64,000 bases of DNA from an uncultured Acidobacteriota bacterium (GTDB lineage: Bacteria; Acidobacteriota; Thermoanaerobaculia; Gp7-AA8). The DNA lies in NCBI GenBank assembly GCA_963821585.1, contig CAWGEI010000005.1, positions 1,094,603 to 1,158,602 of the forward strand, written 5' to 3'. Under the pieces are notes generated by a model. The model was not told where the DNA came from. It saw only the letters and a program-made list of their open reading frames with translations, and made no database searches. A program made the position numbers and the translations under genes. Shown here in pieces: positions 38,776 to 47,830 of the stretch. Each line of letters starts with the position of its first letter. Position 1 is the first letter of the stretch.

Positions 38776-41274
38776 ATGGCTGCGGACAGAGCACGCGAAG
38801 ACGCCGCTGAAGAACGCATCGCGGAGTGGCAGCGCGATCGGAGAATGATCGACGATCCGCGCGATCGATTCTTCCGGAATCGGGGCGTGAAGACCCGCGC
38901 GCTGGCTCTCGACGTGCTGGGTCTCACTCGAGTGCCGGAGAGCATACGCGAGCTGCGCGATCTGGAAGTGCTCGACCTCTGGGACAACTCCATCACGGAG
39001 TTGCCGGCCTGGCTCGGTGAGCTCAAGCAACTGAAGGGATTGCTGCTGAACGGCAATTTCCTGGGAAGCCTGCCGCCGGAGATCGGGACGCTGCAGAACC
39101 TGCGGGGGCTATGGGTCGGCCGCAATAAGCTCACTGCTCTTCCCGAGGAGCTCCGGAACCTGGAGTTGACGGATCTCGATCTGATGGCAAATCCGGCGTT
39201 GGAGATTCCGGAGAGCGTTCTCGGCAGGCCGCCGGAGGAGATCCTCCGCTACTACTTCGAGGCCCGCGAAGACAGCCGCCCTCTGCTGGAGCTGAAGCTC
39301 CTGATCATTGGTCCCGGAAGCGCGGGGAAGACCACGCTGCTGAAACGGCTGGCGGGGGGCGAGCCGAACGCCCATGAGCCTGAGACGCACTCCATCGACA
39401 TCCGGCCGATCGAGCTGCGCTGTCCCCGCGGCGTCGTCCGCGCGCGGGCCTGGGATTTCGGCGGGCAGGAGATCCTCCACGCCACGCACCAGTTCTTTCT
39501 CTCCGAGCGGAGTCTGTACCTGCTCGTCCTCGAGCCGCGCAGCGGGCTCGCGCAACGCCAGGCCGAATACTGGCTCAAGCTCGTCGAGACGCAGGGCGCG
39601 GCATCTCCGGTGATCGTCGTGCTCAACTGGAGTCGCAACCGCCCCTGGCGAGTCGACGATGTGAAGCTGCGGCGGAAGTTCCCCTTCATCGTCGACTTCA
39701 TTTCGACGGACGCGCTGCACGGCGAGGGAATCGATGCGCTGCTCGAGCTGATCACCGAAACGGTCGAGGAGCGGATGACGGACGTCTGGCTGCCGTTCCC
39801 GAAACGGTGGCGGCAGATCAAGGATTCCGTGGCCACGATGTCCGAGAATTTTCTGACGTACCACCGCTACGCCGATCTCTGCGCGAGGCTCGGCGAGCCG
39901 CGGCCCGATGCGCAGGCCGACCTCGCAGGCATTCTTCACGCCCTCGGCCTCGCGTTGTATTACGGACGCGATCCCCGCCTTCACGACACGCGCGTGCTGA
40001 ATCCGGGATGGGTCACGGGCGGCGTCTATGCCGTGATCCGTGCGCCTTCGGTGGCCGCGAACGCCGGACAGCTCGCCGTCTCCGACATGCCGCGCATTCT
40101 TCTCGAGGCCGAACAGCAGAAAGCGATCCTTGCCTCCGACTATCCCGAGGAGACGCACGCGTTCATCCTGGAACTGATGCGCGCCTTTCAGCTCTGCTAC
40201 GCGAGCGAAGAGGAGAACGGGAAAGCGTCGCGATACCTCGTCCCCGAGCTGCTGCCGGAGTTCGAGCCGGATCTGTACCAGGCGTGGGACCAGGCGCCGA
40301 TCCGTCTGCGCTATCGATACGGCGTGCCGCCGCCGGGACTGCTGTCCCGCTTCATCGTGCGCACGCACGCGCTCAGCGAGGGAGCGCCTCACTGGCGCCA
40401 CGGCGTGGTGCTCCGCCATGCCGGTGCCGAGGCTCTGATCCGCGAGGAGCTCGACCGGCCGGAGCTGCACGTGTTCATTGTTGAAGGAACGGAGGAGACA
40501 CGCCGCGTCCTGGTTGCGATCGTCCGCCGCGAGCTCGAGATCCTGCACACCGAGATGAAGATGCAGCCGATCGAGGAGCTGGAGCTGCCGGGCGACAGCG
40601 ATCAGTGGATCAGCGTGAAGGCATTGCGCGAGGTGGAAGCGTCCGACCAGCCCGTGCAGAAGCTGGCCGTGCAACCCGAGGGGACGGCCAGCGTCTCCGT
40701 CATCAGGGAGCTCGACAAGCTCACGCCCGCGGAAGCGCGAGCCATCGATCGCGATCCGGCCACGGCGCCGCGGCCGATTCGCCTCTTCGTCAGCTACGCG
40801 CACGCCGACGAACGGCACCTCAAGCGTCTCGATGCCATGGTCGACGTACTGGAGCACCAGCACGGACTGGCGGCGTGGCGTGACAGGCGTTTGCTCGCCG
40901 GTGAGGAATGGGAGCGGAGCATCCATGACCGGCTCGAGGAGATGGACATCTTCCTCATCATCGCCAGCGCCCTGTCGCTCGCCAGCCCATACGTGAGGAA
41001 AGAGCGTCAACGCGCCCGCGAGCGCTACGAAGCCGGCGAAGTGGAGATCGCGATCGTGAAGCTCGAGCCCTGCGCCTGCGACGAGGACGAATTCCTCGGC
41101 AGATTTCAACGGCTGGCGCCGAATCACGAGAGCATCGTCGAAGCGGCCCAGGAGTCGCGCGCCTGGGAGGACGTGCGGAAGGATCTTCTCGCAGTCATCC
41201 GGCGCGTGCGCGAGAAGAAACAGATCGGCGCTACAGGATCACCGGATACCGGTCCGGCCGCGCCTCGTGCATGA
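38776..41274 (+). CDS. ROCO-type protein: LRR - Roc GTPase - COR - C-terminal TIR domain
   Basis: LRRs span aa ~45-145 (LEVLDLWDNSITELPAWLGELKQLKGLLLNGNFLGSLPPEIGTLQNLRGLWVGRNKLTALP). The Roc P-loop is IIGPGSAGKTTLL with WDFGGQE. COR hallmarks are WLPFPKRWRQIKD, VLNPGWVTGGVYAVI, FILELMRAFQLCY, YLVPELLP and LRYRYGVPPPGLLSRFIVRTH. The TIR-like domain from aa ~668 reads IRLFVSYAHADERHL...IFLIIASALSLASPYVRKE. Confidence 0.8.
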   Translation: MAADRAREDAAEERIAEWQRDRRMIDDPRDRFFRNRGVKTRALALDVLGLTRVPESIRELRDLEVLDLWDNSITELPAWLGELKQLKGLLLNGNFLGSLPPEIGTLQNLRGLWVGRNKLTALPEELRNLELTDLDLMANPALEIPESVLGRPPEEILRYYFEAREDSRPLLELKLLIIGPGSAGKTTLLKRLAGGEPNAHEPETHSIDIRPIELRCPRGVVRARAWDFGGQEILHATHQFFLSERSLYLLVLEPRSGLAQRQAEYWLKLVETQGAASPVIVVLNWSRNRPWRVDDVKLRRKFPFIVDFISTDALHGEGIDALLELITETVEERMTDVWLPFPKRWRQIKDSVATMSENFLTYHRYADLCARLGEPRPDAQADLAGILHALGLALYYGRDPRLHDTRVLNPGWVTGGVYAVIRAPSVAANAGQLAVSDMPRILLEAEQQKAILASDYPEETHAFILELMRAFQLCYASEEENGKASRYLVPELLPEFEPDLYQAWDQAPIRLRYRYGVPPPGLLSRFIVRTHALSEGAPHWRHGVVLRHAGAEALIREELDRPELHVFIVEGTEETRRVLVAIVRRELEILHTEMKMQPIEELELPGDSDQWISVKALREVEASDQPVQKLAVQPEGTASVSVIRELDKLTPAEARAIDRDPATAPRPIRLFVSYAHADERHLKRLDAMVDVLEHQHGLAAWRDRRLLAGEEWERSIHDRLEEMDIFLIIASALSLASPYVRKERQRARERYEAGEVEIAIVKLEPCACDEDEFLGRFQRLAPNHESIVEAAQESRAWEDVRKDLLAVIRRVREKKQIGATGSPDTGPAAPRA

Positions 41275-43711
41275 TCGCGCAGACCTCGGCGATGATCGAC
41301 TCCCGGTTGGGCTTGGACCAGTAGTCTCCATCCCAGCCGTACGCGGGCCGGTGCTCTTTCGCGGCGATCGCGCGCGGTCGGGAGTCGAGCCAGTCGTAGC
41401 CGCGATCGCGATCGAGGACGTTCTGCATCATGAACGCGGTCGCGCCGCCGGGAACGTCTTCGTCGATGAATGCCACCCGGTTCGTCTTCTTCAGCGATTC
41501 GGCGATCGCTCCGTGACGGTCGAACGGCAGCAGCGTCTGCACGTCGATCACTTCCGCATCGATGCCGGCCTGGGTCAGCAGCTCGGCGGCTTCGAGCACG
41601 ATGCGCAGCGTCGCGCCATAGGAGACGAGTGTGACGTCGTTGCCTGCGCGCAGGATCTCCGGTACGCCGAGAGCCACCCGGTAGTCGCCGATGTTGGAGG
41701 GCAGCTTTTCCTTGGTGCGATACCCACTCAGCACTTCCACGACGATGGCGGGATCGTCGGACGACAGCAGCGTGTTGTACAGGCCCGCGGCCTGGGTCAT
41801 GTTCCGCGGCACGCACAGGTGCATGCCGCGCACGAGATTGAGGATCCCGGCCATCGGTGAGCCGGAATGCCAGATGCCCTCGAGCCGGTGGCCACGGGTG
41901 CGGATGATGGCCGGCGCCTTCTGTCCTCCCGCGGAGCGCCAGCGCAACGTCGCCAGATCGTCGGACAGCGTCTGCAGCGCGTACAGGATGTAGTCGAGAT
42001 ACTGGATCTCGGCGATCGGCCGGAAGCCGCGCAGCGCGGCGCCGATGGCCTGGCCGACGATCGTACACTCGCGCACGCCGGTATCCATCACGCGCCAGAC
42101 TCCGTACTTGTCTTGCAGACCCAGGCAGCCCTGATTGACGTCGCCGAGCTTCCCGACGTCCTCTCCGAAGATGATGATGCGCGGATCGCGCCTCAGCGCG
42201 CGATCGAAGCAGTGATTGATAATTTCGTAGCCGTTGACGGCTGGAGCATCGTCCTCGTATGCGGCCTTCACCGCGCTGACGTTCAAGGCGCCTTCATCAC
42301 TTTCGCTGGAGAGATGAGCGCCGTACCGGTGGTCGCCTTCGGCGATCCGGCGGCGAAGCCAATCCAACGCGTCGTCATTGCGGTGCCGCAGCAAGGCATG
42401 GGAAACCGCGCGAATGGCATCGCGGCGGTACAGCGCTTCCGAGGAAGGGATTTCCCTTCCCCGATCCCAGGGCCGATCGCTCGGGACCGACTTCAGATCG
42501 TCCACGCCGAGCCGGCCGAGGATCGTGCGCGCCTCGCGCAGCTCTGCGTCGATCGGCGCGCGAAACGCCGTCCAGGCACGACGTTGCGCCTCCATCACGA
42601 GGGCTCGGCCTTCCCGCTCCATCGCGTCGAGCTCGGCCGCGGCGGCGATGCCCTGCGCGATGATCCAGTCGCGCATCCTTTTGATGCAGTCGAATTCCAC
42701 TTCGAACTCGAGCCGCTGCGCCGACTTGTAGCGCTCGTGACTTCCCGACGTCGAGTGCCCCTGCGGCTGCGTGAGCTCCGTCACGTGTACGATCGCAGGC
42801 ACATGCTCCCGACGGACGACCTCGGCGGCGGCGAGGTAGGTCTCGCACAGCGCCGGATAGTCCCAGCCGCGGACGGTGTAGAGGTCGAAGCCCTTCTTGC
42901 CTCCCGACTCGCGCTGGAAGCCTTGCAGCAGCTCGGAGATGTTCGCCTTCGTGATCTGGAGCTCGTTCGGTACGGAGATGCCGTAGCCGTCATCCCAGAT
43001 GGAGACGACCATCGGGATTCCCAGGACGCCCGCGGCGTTCAGCGACTCGAAAAACATCCCTTCGGCGCAACTGGCGTTGCCGATCGCGCCCCACGCGATC
43101 TCGTCGCCATTGCGCGAGAACTGCTCCGCTCCGGACGTGCCGAGCTCGCGATAGAGCCGCGACGCCCAAGCCAGACCGACGAGGCGCGGCATCTGCGCGC
43201 CGTTCGGCGAGAGATCGGCGGCGACGTTGAACGCGTCGACCTGAGGCTTGAAGTTGCCGTCGGCGTCGAGGAGGCGCGAAGCGAAACTCGAGTTCATCGC
43301 GCGGCCTCCGCTGGAGGGCTCGTGCTCGATGTCGGCGTTTGCGTAGAGTTGCGCGAAGAATTGCTCGACAGTGATCGCGCCGAGCGCGAACATCAGTGTC
43401 TGGTCGCGGTAGTAGCCGGAGCGCCAGTCCCCGCGCCGGAATGCGCGCGCCCACGCAAGCTGCGCGACCTCCTTGCCGTCCCCGAAAATGCCGAACTTTG
43501 CCTTCCCGGTCAGCACCTCTCTGCGGCCGAGGAGGCTCGCATCGCGGCTTCGCACGGCGACGCGATAGTCGTCGAGGATGCTTTCGCGAGTGAGCTGCGT
43601 GCGTGTCGTGGGGCTCGATGGGGACACGGTCGGAGAATGTACCACCCCGTATCGCGGAGCAGTCCTTTCATCGGCGGAGGTGGCTGCATCGTTGTGATGA
43701 CCGTGGGTCAC
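41231..43711 (-). CDS. TPP-dependent 2-oxoacid dehydrogenase E1 component, fused alpha+beta subunits
   Basis: E1-alpha-like N-half (GDGKEVAQLAW...GNASCAEGMFFESLNAAGVLGIPMVVSIWDDGYGISV) and transketolase-like beta half (IIFGEDVGKLGDVNQG...MDTGVRECTIVGQAIGAA). The start is uncertain. GTG at 43711 was preferred, with GGAGA 8 nt upstream. The track ORF extends to 44026 through a tandem repeat and a hairpin. Confidence 0.75.
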   Translation of the reverse strand: MTHGHHNDAATSADERTAPRYGVVHSPTVSPSSPTTRTQLTRESILDDYRVAVRSRDASLLGRREVLTGKAKFGIFGDGKEVAQLAWARAFRRGDWRSGYYRDQTLMFALGAITVEQFFAQLYANADIEHEPSSGGRAMNSSFASRLLDADGNFKPQVDAFNVAADLSPNGAQMPRLVGLAWASRLYRELGTSGAEQFSRNGDEIAWGAIGNASCAEGMFFESLNAAGVLGIPMVVSIWDDGYGISVPNELQITKANISELLQGFQRESGGKKGFDLYTVRGWDYPALCETYLAAAEVVRREHVPAIVHVTELTQPQGHSTSGSHERYKSAQRLEFEVEFDCIKRMRDWIIAQGIAAAAELDAMEREGRALVMEAQRRAWTAFRAPIDAELREARTILGRLGVDDLKSVPSDRPWDRGREIPSSEALYRRDAIRAVSHALLRHRNDDALDWLRRRIAEGDHRYGAHLSSESDEGALNVSAVKAAYEDDAPAVNGYEIINHCFDRALRRDPRIIIFGEDVGKLGDVNQGCLGLQDKYGVWRVMDTGVRECTIVGQAIGAALRGFRPIAEIQYLDYILYALQTLSDDLATLRWRSAGGQKAPAIIRTRGHRLEGIWHSGSPMAGILNLVRGMHLCVPRNMTQAAGLYNTLLSSDDPAIVVEVLSGYRTKEKLPSNIGDYRVALGVPEILRAGNDVTLVSYGATLRIVLEAAELLTQAGIDAEVIDVQTLLPFDRHGAIAESLKKTNRVAFIDEDVPGGATAFMMQNVLDRDRGYDWLDSRPRAIAAKEHRPAYGWDGDYWSKPNRESIIAEVCAIMHEARPDRYPVIL

Positions 43712-43770
43712 GGCACGATTCTCCGTCTGAAAGATTCGGCCTGAGCCAGGGGAGGCCGCTGTCGTCGTGA

Positions 43771-43985
43771 GAAAGATCTGATTGACGAAGAGATCGATCC
43801 GATCGATGAAGAGAAAGATCTGATCGATGAAGAGATCGATCTGATCGACGAAGAGAAAGATCTGATCGATGAAGAGATCGATCTGATTGACGAAGAGGAA
43901 GATCTGATCGACGAAGAGAAAGATCTGATGGATGAAGAGATCGACCCGATCGATGAAGAGAAAGATCCGATCGATGAAGAGATCT
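43771..43985. repeat. tandem array of 10 x 21 bp (alternating GAAAGATCTGATCGATGAAGA / GATCGATCTGATCGACGAAGA), very GATC-dense
   Basis: Units start at 43771, 43792, 43813 ... 43960, giving a 42-bp higher-order period. GC is lower than the surroundings. Confidence 0.95.
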
Positions 43986-43995
43986 TTCTTATGGT

Positions 43996-44021
43996 GTGCG
44001 GCGGCGTCGTTGCCGCCGCAC
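43996..44021 (-). terminator. hairpin directly downstream of the 44028 stop
   Basis: GTGCGGCGGC gtcgtt GCCGCCGCAC is a perfect 10-bp stem with no clear U-tract. Confidence 0.45.
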
Positions 44022-44027
44022 TCCAAA

Positions 44028-45284
44028 CTACCGCGAGAGGTTCGACGGCAGCATGGGCGTCGAGATCAGCTCCTTGAACATGTCCCAGTTCTTCACGTGC
44101 CCCCGCACCAGGTCCAGGCCGACGTTGTAGTTGATGACGTAGCTGCGGTAGCGCTCGATGAACTTCATCTGCTGTTCCGCGCGCTCGGGGGTGGAGAGGC
44201 TGTACTTCACGAGCCACGCTTTCGCTTCGTCGCGGGACACTTCGCCGTTGAGCCAGCGGCGCGCTGCTTCGTTGGAGGCGTAGCCGAGGGCGGTGCCGAG
44301 TTTGGAGACGCGGTGGAAGCGCTCGGCTTCCGCGGGATCGAGTCCGGCGAGAGGGAACAGGACGTCGCGGTCGAACTTCATGCGCTCGTCGCCGGGGAAC
44401 GCGATCTCCAGGCCGAAGTTCCCGGTCCCCTCGGCGATCAGCGACTGCGGGCTGTTGAGGGGGTAGACGGTGTACTCGACCCAGCCGCGGTCGCGCACGA
44501 GGTTCTTTTCGAGCAGCGCGTTGTAGACGTGGTGTCCGGGATAGCCCTCGTGACACGCGAGGTCGAGGGTGCGGGACACGCCGACGGGGAGGTCGGTGTT
44601 GACCTGGATGAGGCTCGTGAAGTTGCCCTTGTACCAGTTGTACGCGGACCACGGCTGGTTCTTCACGTACTCGAGCGTGAACTTCTCTTCCGCGGGCAGC
44701 TGGATGTGCTGCAGCGTGCGCGCGCGGCACTCGTCGAGGGCCTTGCGCATGACGACGTCGAGCTTGTCCGCGGGGATCTCGAACCGCTTGCGATAGGTCT
44801 CGATGCGTTGCCCGAGGGGGGCGTCGCCGGGGAGCTCTTTCTCCAGCGCCGCGATGGCGTTGGCGAAGAACGCATCGTCATGACGCGGCGGCGTGACGCC
44901 GTACAGCAGCCGGGCCTCCTCGTCGAAGGTGAATTTCTTCCCCTGCAGCATCTCGGCCTTGGTGATGGTCGCGCCGAGCTGCTCGATGAGGTAGTTGCGC
45001 CGCAGCGCGAGCAGTCGGTCGCCGGGCACGGGCACGCGCTGCACCGTCTCACGCAGCGCCGTCGCCTCGGCGTGGATGTCCGCGATGCTCTTCTTCTCGG
45101 CCTTGACCGCCTCCCGCCACTCCGGCGGTCCGTAGTACGCGTCGACCCAGTCGGCGTCGTGCTCGCCGAGGGCGAGGGCGAGCTTCACGTAGCTCGTGGC
45201 GTGGGCGTCCAGAGACGGCGGCGGCTGGACCGAGGCACAGGCGGCGGTGAGAAACAGGAAAACAAATGCGGTCAATCGCTTCAT
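44028..45284 (-). CDS. DUF885-like lipoprotein (putative metallopeptidase fold)
   Basis: Lipobox MKRLTAFVFLFLTAAC and an HEGYPGHH motif typical of DUF885. Confidence 0.6.
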   Translation of the reverse strand: MKRLTAFVFLFLTAACASVQPPPSLDAHATSYVKLALALGEHDADWVDAYYGPPEWREAVKAEKKSIADIHAEATALRETVQRVPVPGDRLLALRRNYLIEQLGATITKAEMLQGKKFTFDEEARLLYGVTPPRHDDAFFANAIAALEKELPGDAPLGQRIETYRKRFEIPADKLDVVMRKALDECRARTLQHIQLPAEEKFTLEYVKNQPWSAYNWYKGNFTSLIQVNTDLPVGVSRTLDLACHEGYPGHHVYNALLEKNLVRDRGWVEYTVYPLNSPQSLIAEGTGNFGLEIAFPGDERMKFDRDVLFPLAGLDPAEAERFHRVSKLGTALGYASNEAARRWLNGEVSRDEAKAWLVKYSLSTPERAEQQMKFIERYRSYVINYNVGLDLVRGHVKNWDMFKELISTPMLPSNLSR

Positions 45285-45379
45285 GTTGGCTCTATGGTCC
45301 CCAATTCGAGTGTACGCACGGATTGCGATTCCGCAACATTCGTGTTCTCTTCCCCGCTGAAACAGGAGGCAAGTTTCGA

Positions 45380-47542
45380 ATGAAAACCCGTCTATTCGCA
45401 CTGCTGGCGCTGCTGGCCGTGCCGATTGCAGCCGTCGCCGACGATGGCATGTGGATGCCGCAGCAGGTCCCGGCGCTGGCCGGTGAGCTGAAGAAGCTCG
45501 GCCTGCAGATCGACCCGAATTCCTTCGCCGACCTCACCGCCTTTCCCATGGGCGCGATCGTGAGCCTCGGCGGCTGCAGCGCCTCGTTCGTGTCGCCCGA
45601 GGGGCTCGTGGCCACGAACCACCACTGCGTGTACGGCTCGCTGCAGTACAACTCCACCCCCCAGAACGACCTCGTGAAGAACGGCTTCCTGGCCAAGGAC
45701 AAGGGCCAGGAGATCGAGATCTCGCCGGGCGGGCGGATGTTCGTCACGCAGAGCATCGAGGACGTGACGAAGCAGGTCCTGGCCGCGTTCCCCGCGAACA
45801 CGTCCGACGCCGAGCGCGCCCGCACCATCACGCGCCGCCGCCGGCAGATGATCGAGGACTGCGAGAAGGGCGGCGGCAAGCGCTGCGTCGTGGCCTCGTT
45901 CTTCGAGGGCGGGCAGTACCTGAAGATCACGCAGATGGAGATCCGCGACGTCCGTCTGGTCTACGCGCCGGCCCTGGGCGTCGGCAACTTCGGCGACGAG
46001 ATCGACAACTGGATGTGGCCGCGCCACACCGGCGACTTCGGGTTCTACCGCGCGTACGTCGGCAAGGACGGCAAGCCCGCGGACTTCTCGAAGGAGAACG
46101 TCCCCTACCGGCCGAAGCACTGGCTGAAGATCTCCACGCGCAACCTGAACCCCGACGACCTGGTGATGGTCATCGGCACGCCGGGCGTGACCGAGCGCCA
46201 CGTGACCGTGTCCGAGGTCGAGGCGGCTGCGGAGTTCGAGCTGCCCACGTCCGTGCGGTATCGCCGGATGCTCACCGACCTCCTGCAGGCGCGCGGCAAG
46301 GACGATCGCGACATCGCCCTCAAGAACGCCAGCCGCATCGCCGGCCTGGAGAACTACCTGAAGAAGCACACCGGGACGCTCGAAGCGTTCGAGCGCGGCG
46401 ATTACGTCGAGGCGAAGCGGAGCATCGACCAGCGCGACCGCGCCGCGCTCGATGCGGCGCTCCGGCCGAAGTACGAGGCCGCGGAGAAAGAGCTCCTGGC
46501 GCTGCTGGAGAAGGAGCGCGCCACGCGCGACCGCGATCTCGTCTTCTCCTGGCTGTATCAGGCGTCGCCGATCCTCTCGCAGGCGAACTCGATCTACCGC
46601 CTGAGCGTCGAGAAGACCAAGGCGGACCTCGACCGCGCCGAGCCCTATACGGAGCGCAATCGCAAGAACCTCCTCAGCGGCGTGACGCGCCAGCGCCGCA
46701 ACATGGAGCCGGGCAGCGACCGCGCCGGTCTGCGGCTGTTCCTCCTCGAGGCCACGAAGCTGCCGGCCGGCCAGCGCATCCCGCCGGTCGACGCCGCGCT
46801 CGCGGCGACGGGGCAGGCCAATCCGGAAGCGCAGGTCGACGCGCTGCTGGACAAGCTCTACGGCTCGACGCAGATCGGCAACGCCGACGCGGAGACGAAG
46901 ATGCTCGGCGAGACCACCGCGCAGCTCACCGCGCGCAATGACTCGATGCTCAGCTTCGCGGCGTCGCTGCGCGCGTTCGCCGCGAACCTCGACGAAGACT
47001 CGAAGACGTTCGAAGGCGCGATGTCGCGCATCCGGCCGGTCATGCTCGACGCCCTGCGCGTCGCGCGCGGCGGGCGCCTGTACCCCGACGCGAACGGCAC
47101 GCTGCGCTTCGGCTTCGGCCAGGTGAAGGGCTACGCGCCGCGCAACGCGATGTGGTACTTGCCGCAGACCGACGTCCGCGGCGTGATCGAGAAGGAGACG
47201 GGCGAGGAGCCGTTCGCCAGCCCGGCCCGCCTGCTCGAGCGCGCGAAGGCGAAGGAGTTCGGCCCCTACGCGGATCCGGAGCTGAAGTCGCTGCCGGTGG
47301 GATTCATCTCGACGAACGTGGTCACGAACGGCAGCTCCGGCTCCGCGACGCTCAACGCGTGGGGCGAGCTGTGCGGTCTGGCGTTCGACTCGAACTGGGA
47401 AGGGGTAGGTTCGGACTACCTGGTCGAGGAAGAGATCACGCGCACGATCCACGTGGACTCGCGGTACATGTTGTGGGTGATGGACGCGGTGGACAACGCG
47501 GACAACCTGCTCACGGAGATGGGGATCACGCCGCAGTTGTAA
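45380..47542 (+). CDS. S46 family dipeptidyl-peptidase (DPP7/DPP11-like)
   Basis: Signal peptide, then DDGMWMPQQ and SLGGCSASFVSPEGLVATNHHC (His of the triad), with C-terminal TNVVTNGSSGSATLN (Ser). AGGAGG precedes the ATG. Confidence 0.85.
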   Translation: MKTRLFALLALLAVPIAAVADDGMWMPQQVPALAGELKKLGLQIDPNSFADLTAFPMGAIVSLGGCSASFVSPEGLVATNHHCVYGSLQYNSTPQNDLVKNGFLAKDKGQEIEISPGGRMFVTQSIEDVTKQVLAAFPANTSDAERARTITRRRRQMIEDCEKGGGKRCVVASFFEGGQYLKITQMEIRDVRLVYAPALGVGNFGDEIDNWMWPRHTGDFGFYRAYVGKDGKPADFSKENVPYRPKHWLKISTRNLNPDDLVMVIGTPGVTERHVTVSEVEAAAEFELPTSVRYRRMLTDLLQARGKDDRDIALKNASRIAGLENYLKKHTGTLEAFERGDYVEAKRSIDQRDRAALDAALRPKYEAAEKELLALLEKERATRDRDLVFSWLYQASPILSQANSIYRLSVEKTKADLDRAEPYTERNRKNLLSGVTRQRRNMEPGSDRAGLRLFLLEATKLPAGQRIPPVDAALAATGQANPEAQVDALLDKLYGSTQIGNADAETKMLGETTAQLTARNDSMLSFAASLRAFAANLDEDSKTFEGAMSRIRPVMLDALRVARGGRLYPDANGTLRFGFGQVKGYAPRNAMWYLPQTDVRGVIEKETGEEPFASPARLLERAKAKEFGPYADPELKSLPVGFISTNVVTNGSSGSATLNAWGELCGLAFDSNWEGVGSDYLVEEEITRTIHVDSRYMLWVMDAVDNADNLLTEMGITPQL

Positions 47543-47544
47543 GT

Positions 47545-47738
47545 CTGTCGCCCGCTACGCGGGCTCGTTTTTGCGTTGCCAACGAAGCCCCCGGCTGAAA
47601 GCCGGGGGCTATTTTCTTTTGCCCGCTACGCGGGCTCAGTCTCTTGCCCGCGTAGCGGGCTGCAGACAATAGCCCCCGGCTTCAGCCGGGGGACGCGCGG
47701 GGCGTCATCGTTGGAGAGCCCGCGTCAGCGGGCGACAG
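47545..47738. repeat. ~190-bp nested-palindrome (REPIN-like) element
   Basis: CTGTCGCCCGCTACGCGGGCTCGTTT ... GAGCCCGCGTCAGCGGGCGACAG. It begins 2 nt after the peptidase stop. Confidence 0.9.
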
Positions 47739-47830
47739 ACGTTGGCGCGATATTCGAAAGTACCGGCTCAGACCGCCGCACTCCAAAGAGTAATATTCAG
47801 CGACCCGCTATCGTTCAGACGACTCGCGAC

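Noticed and set aside
43771-43985. Replication origin, suggested by the GATC cluster
   Set aside because: No DnaA-box-like 9-mers, no AT-rich unwinding element, and no dnaA, dnaN or gidA genes are nearby.
43711-44026. N-terminal 105-codon extension of the E1 dehydrogenase ORF through the 21-bp repeat (start at ATG 44026)
   Set aside because: That ATG sits inside the hairpin that follows the upstream gene's stop. The extension has no counterpart in E1 enzymes. A GTG at 43711 with a GGAGA site fits better. The repeat is kept as a finding because translation cannot be excluded from sequence alone.
43745-44077. Plus-strand ORF encoding an acidic (DLIDEEx)n heptad-repeat protein
   Set aside because: There is no ATG/GTG/TTG start before 43929, so at most ~49 codons. 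It has poor GC3 bias compared with real genes and its 3' part overlaps the DUF885-like gene on the other strand.
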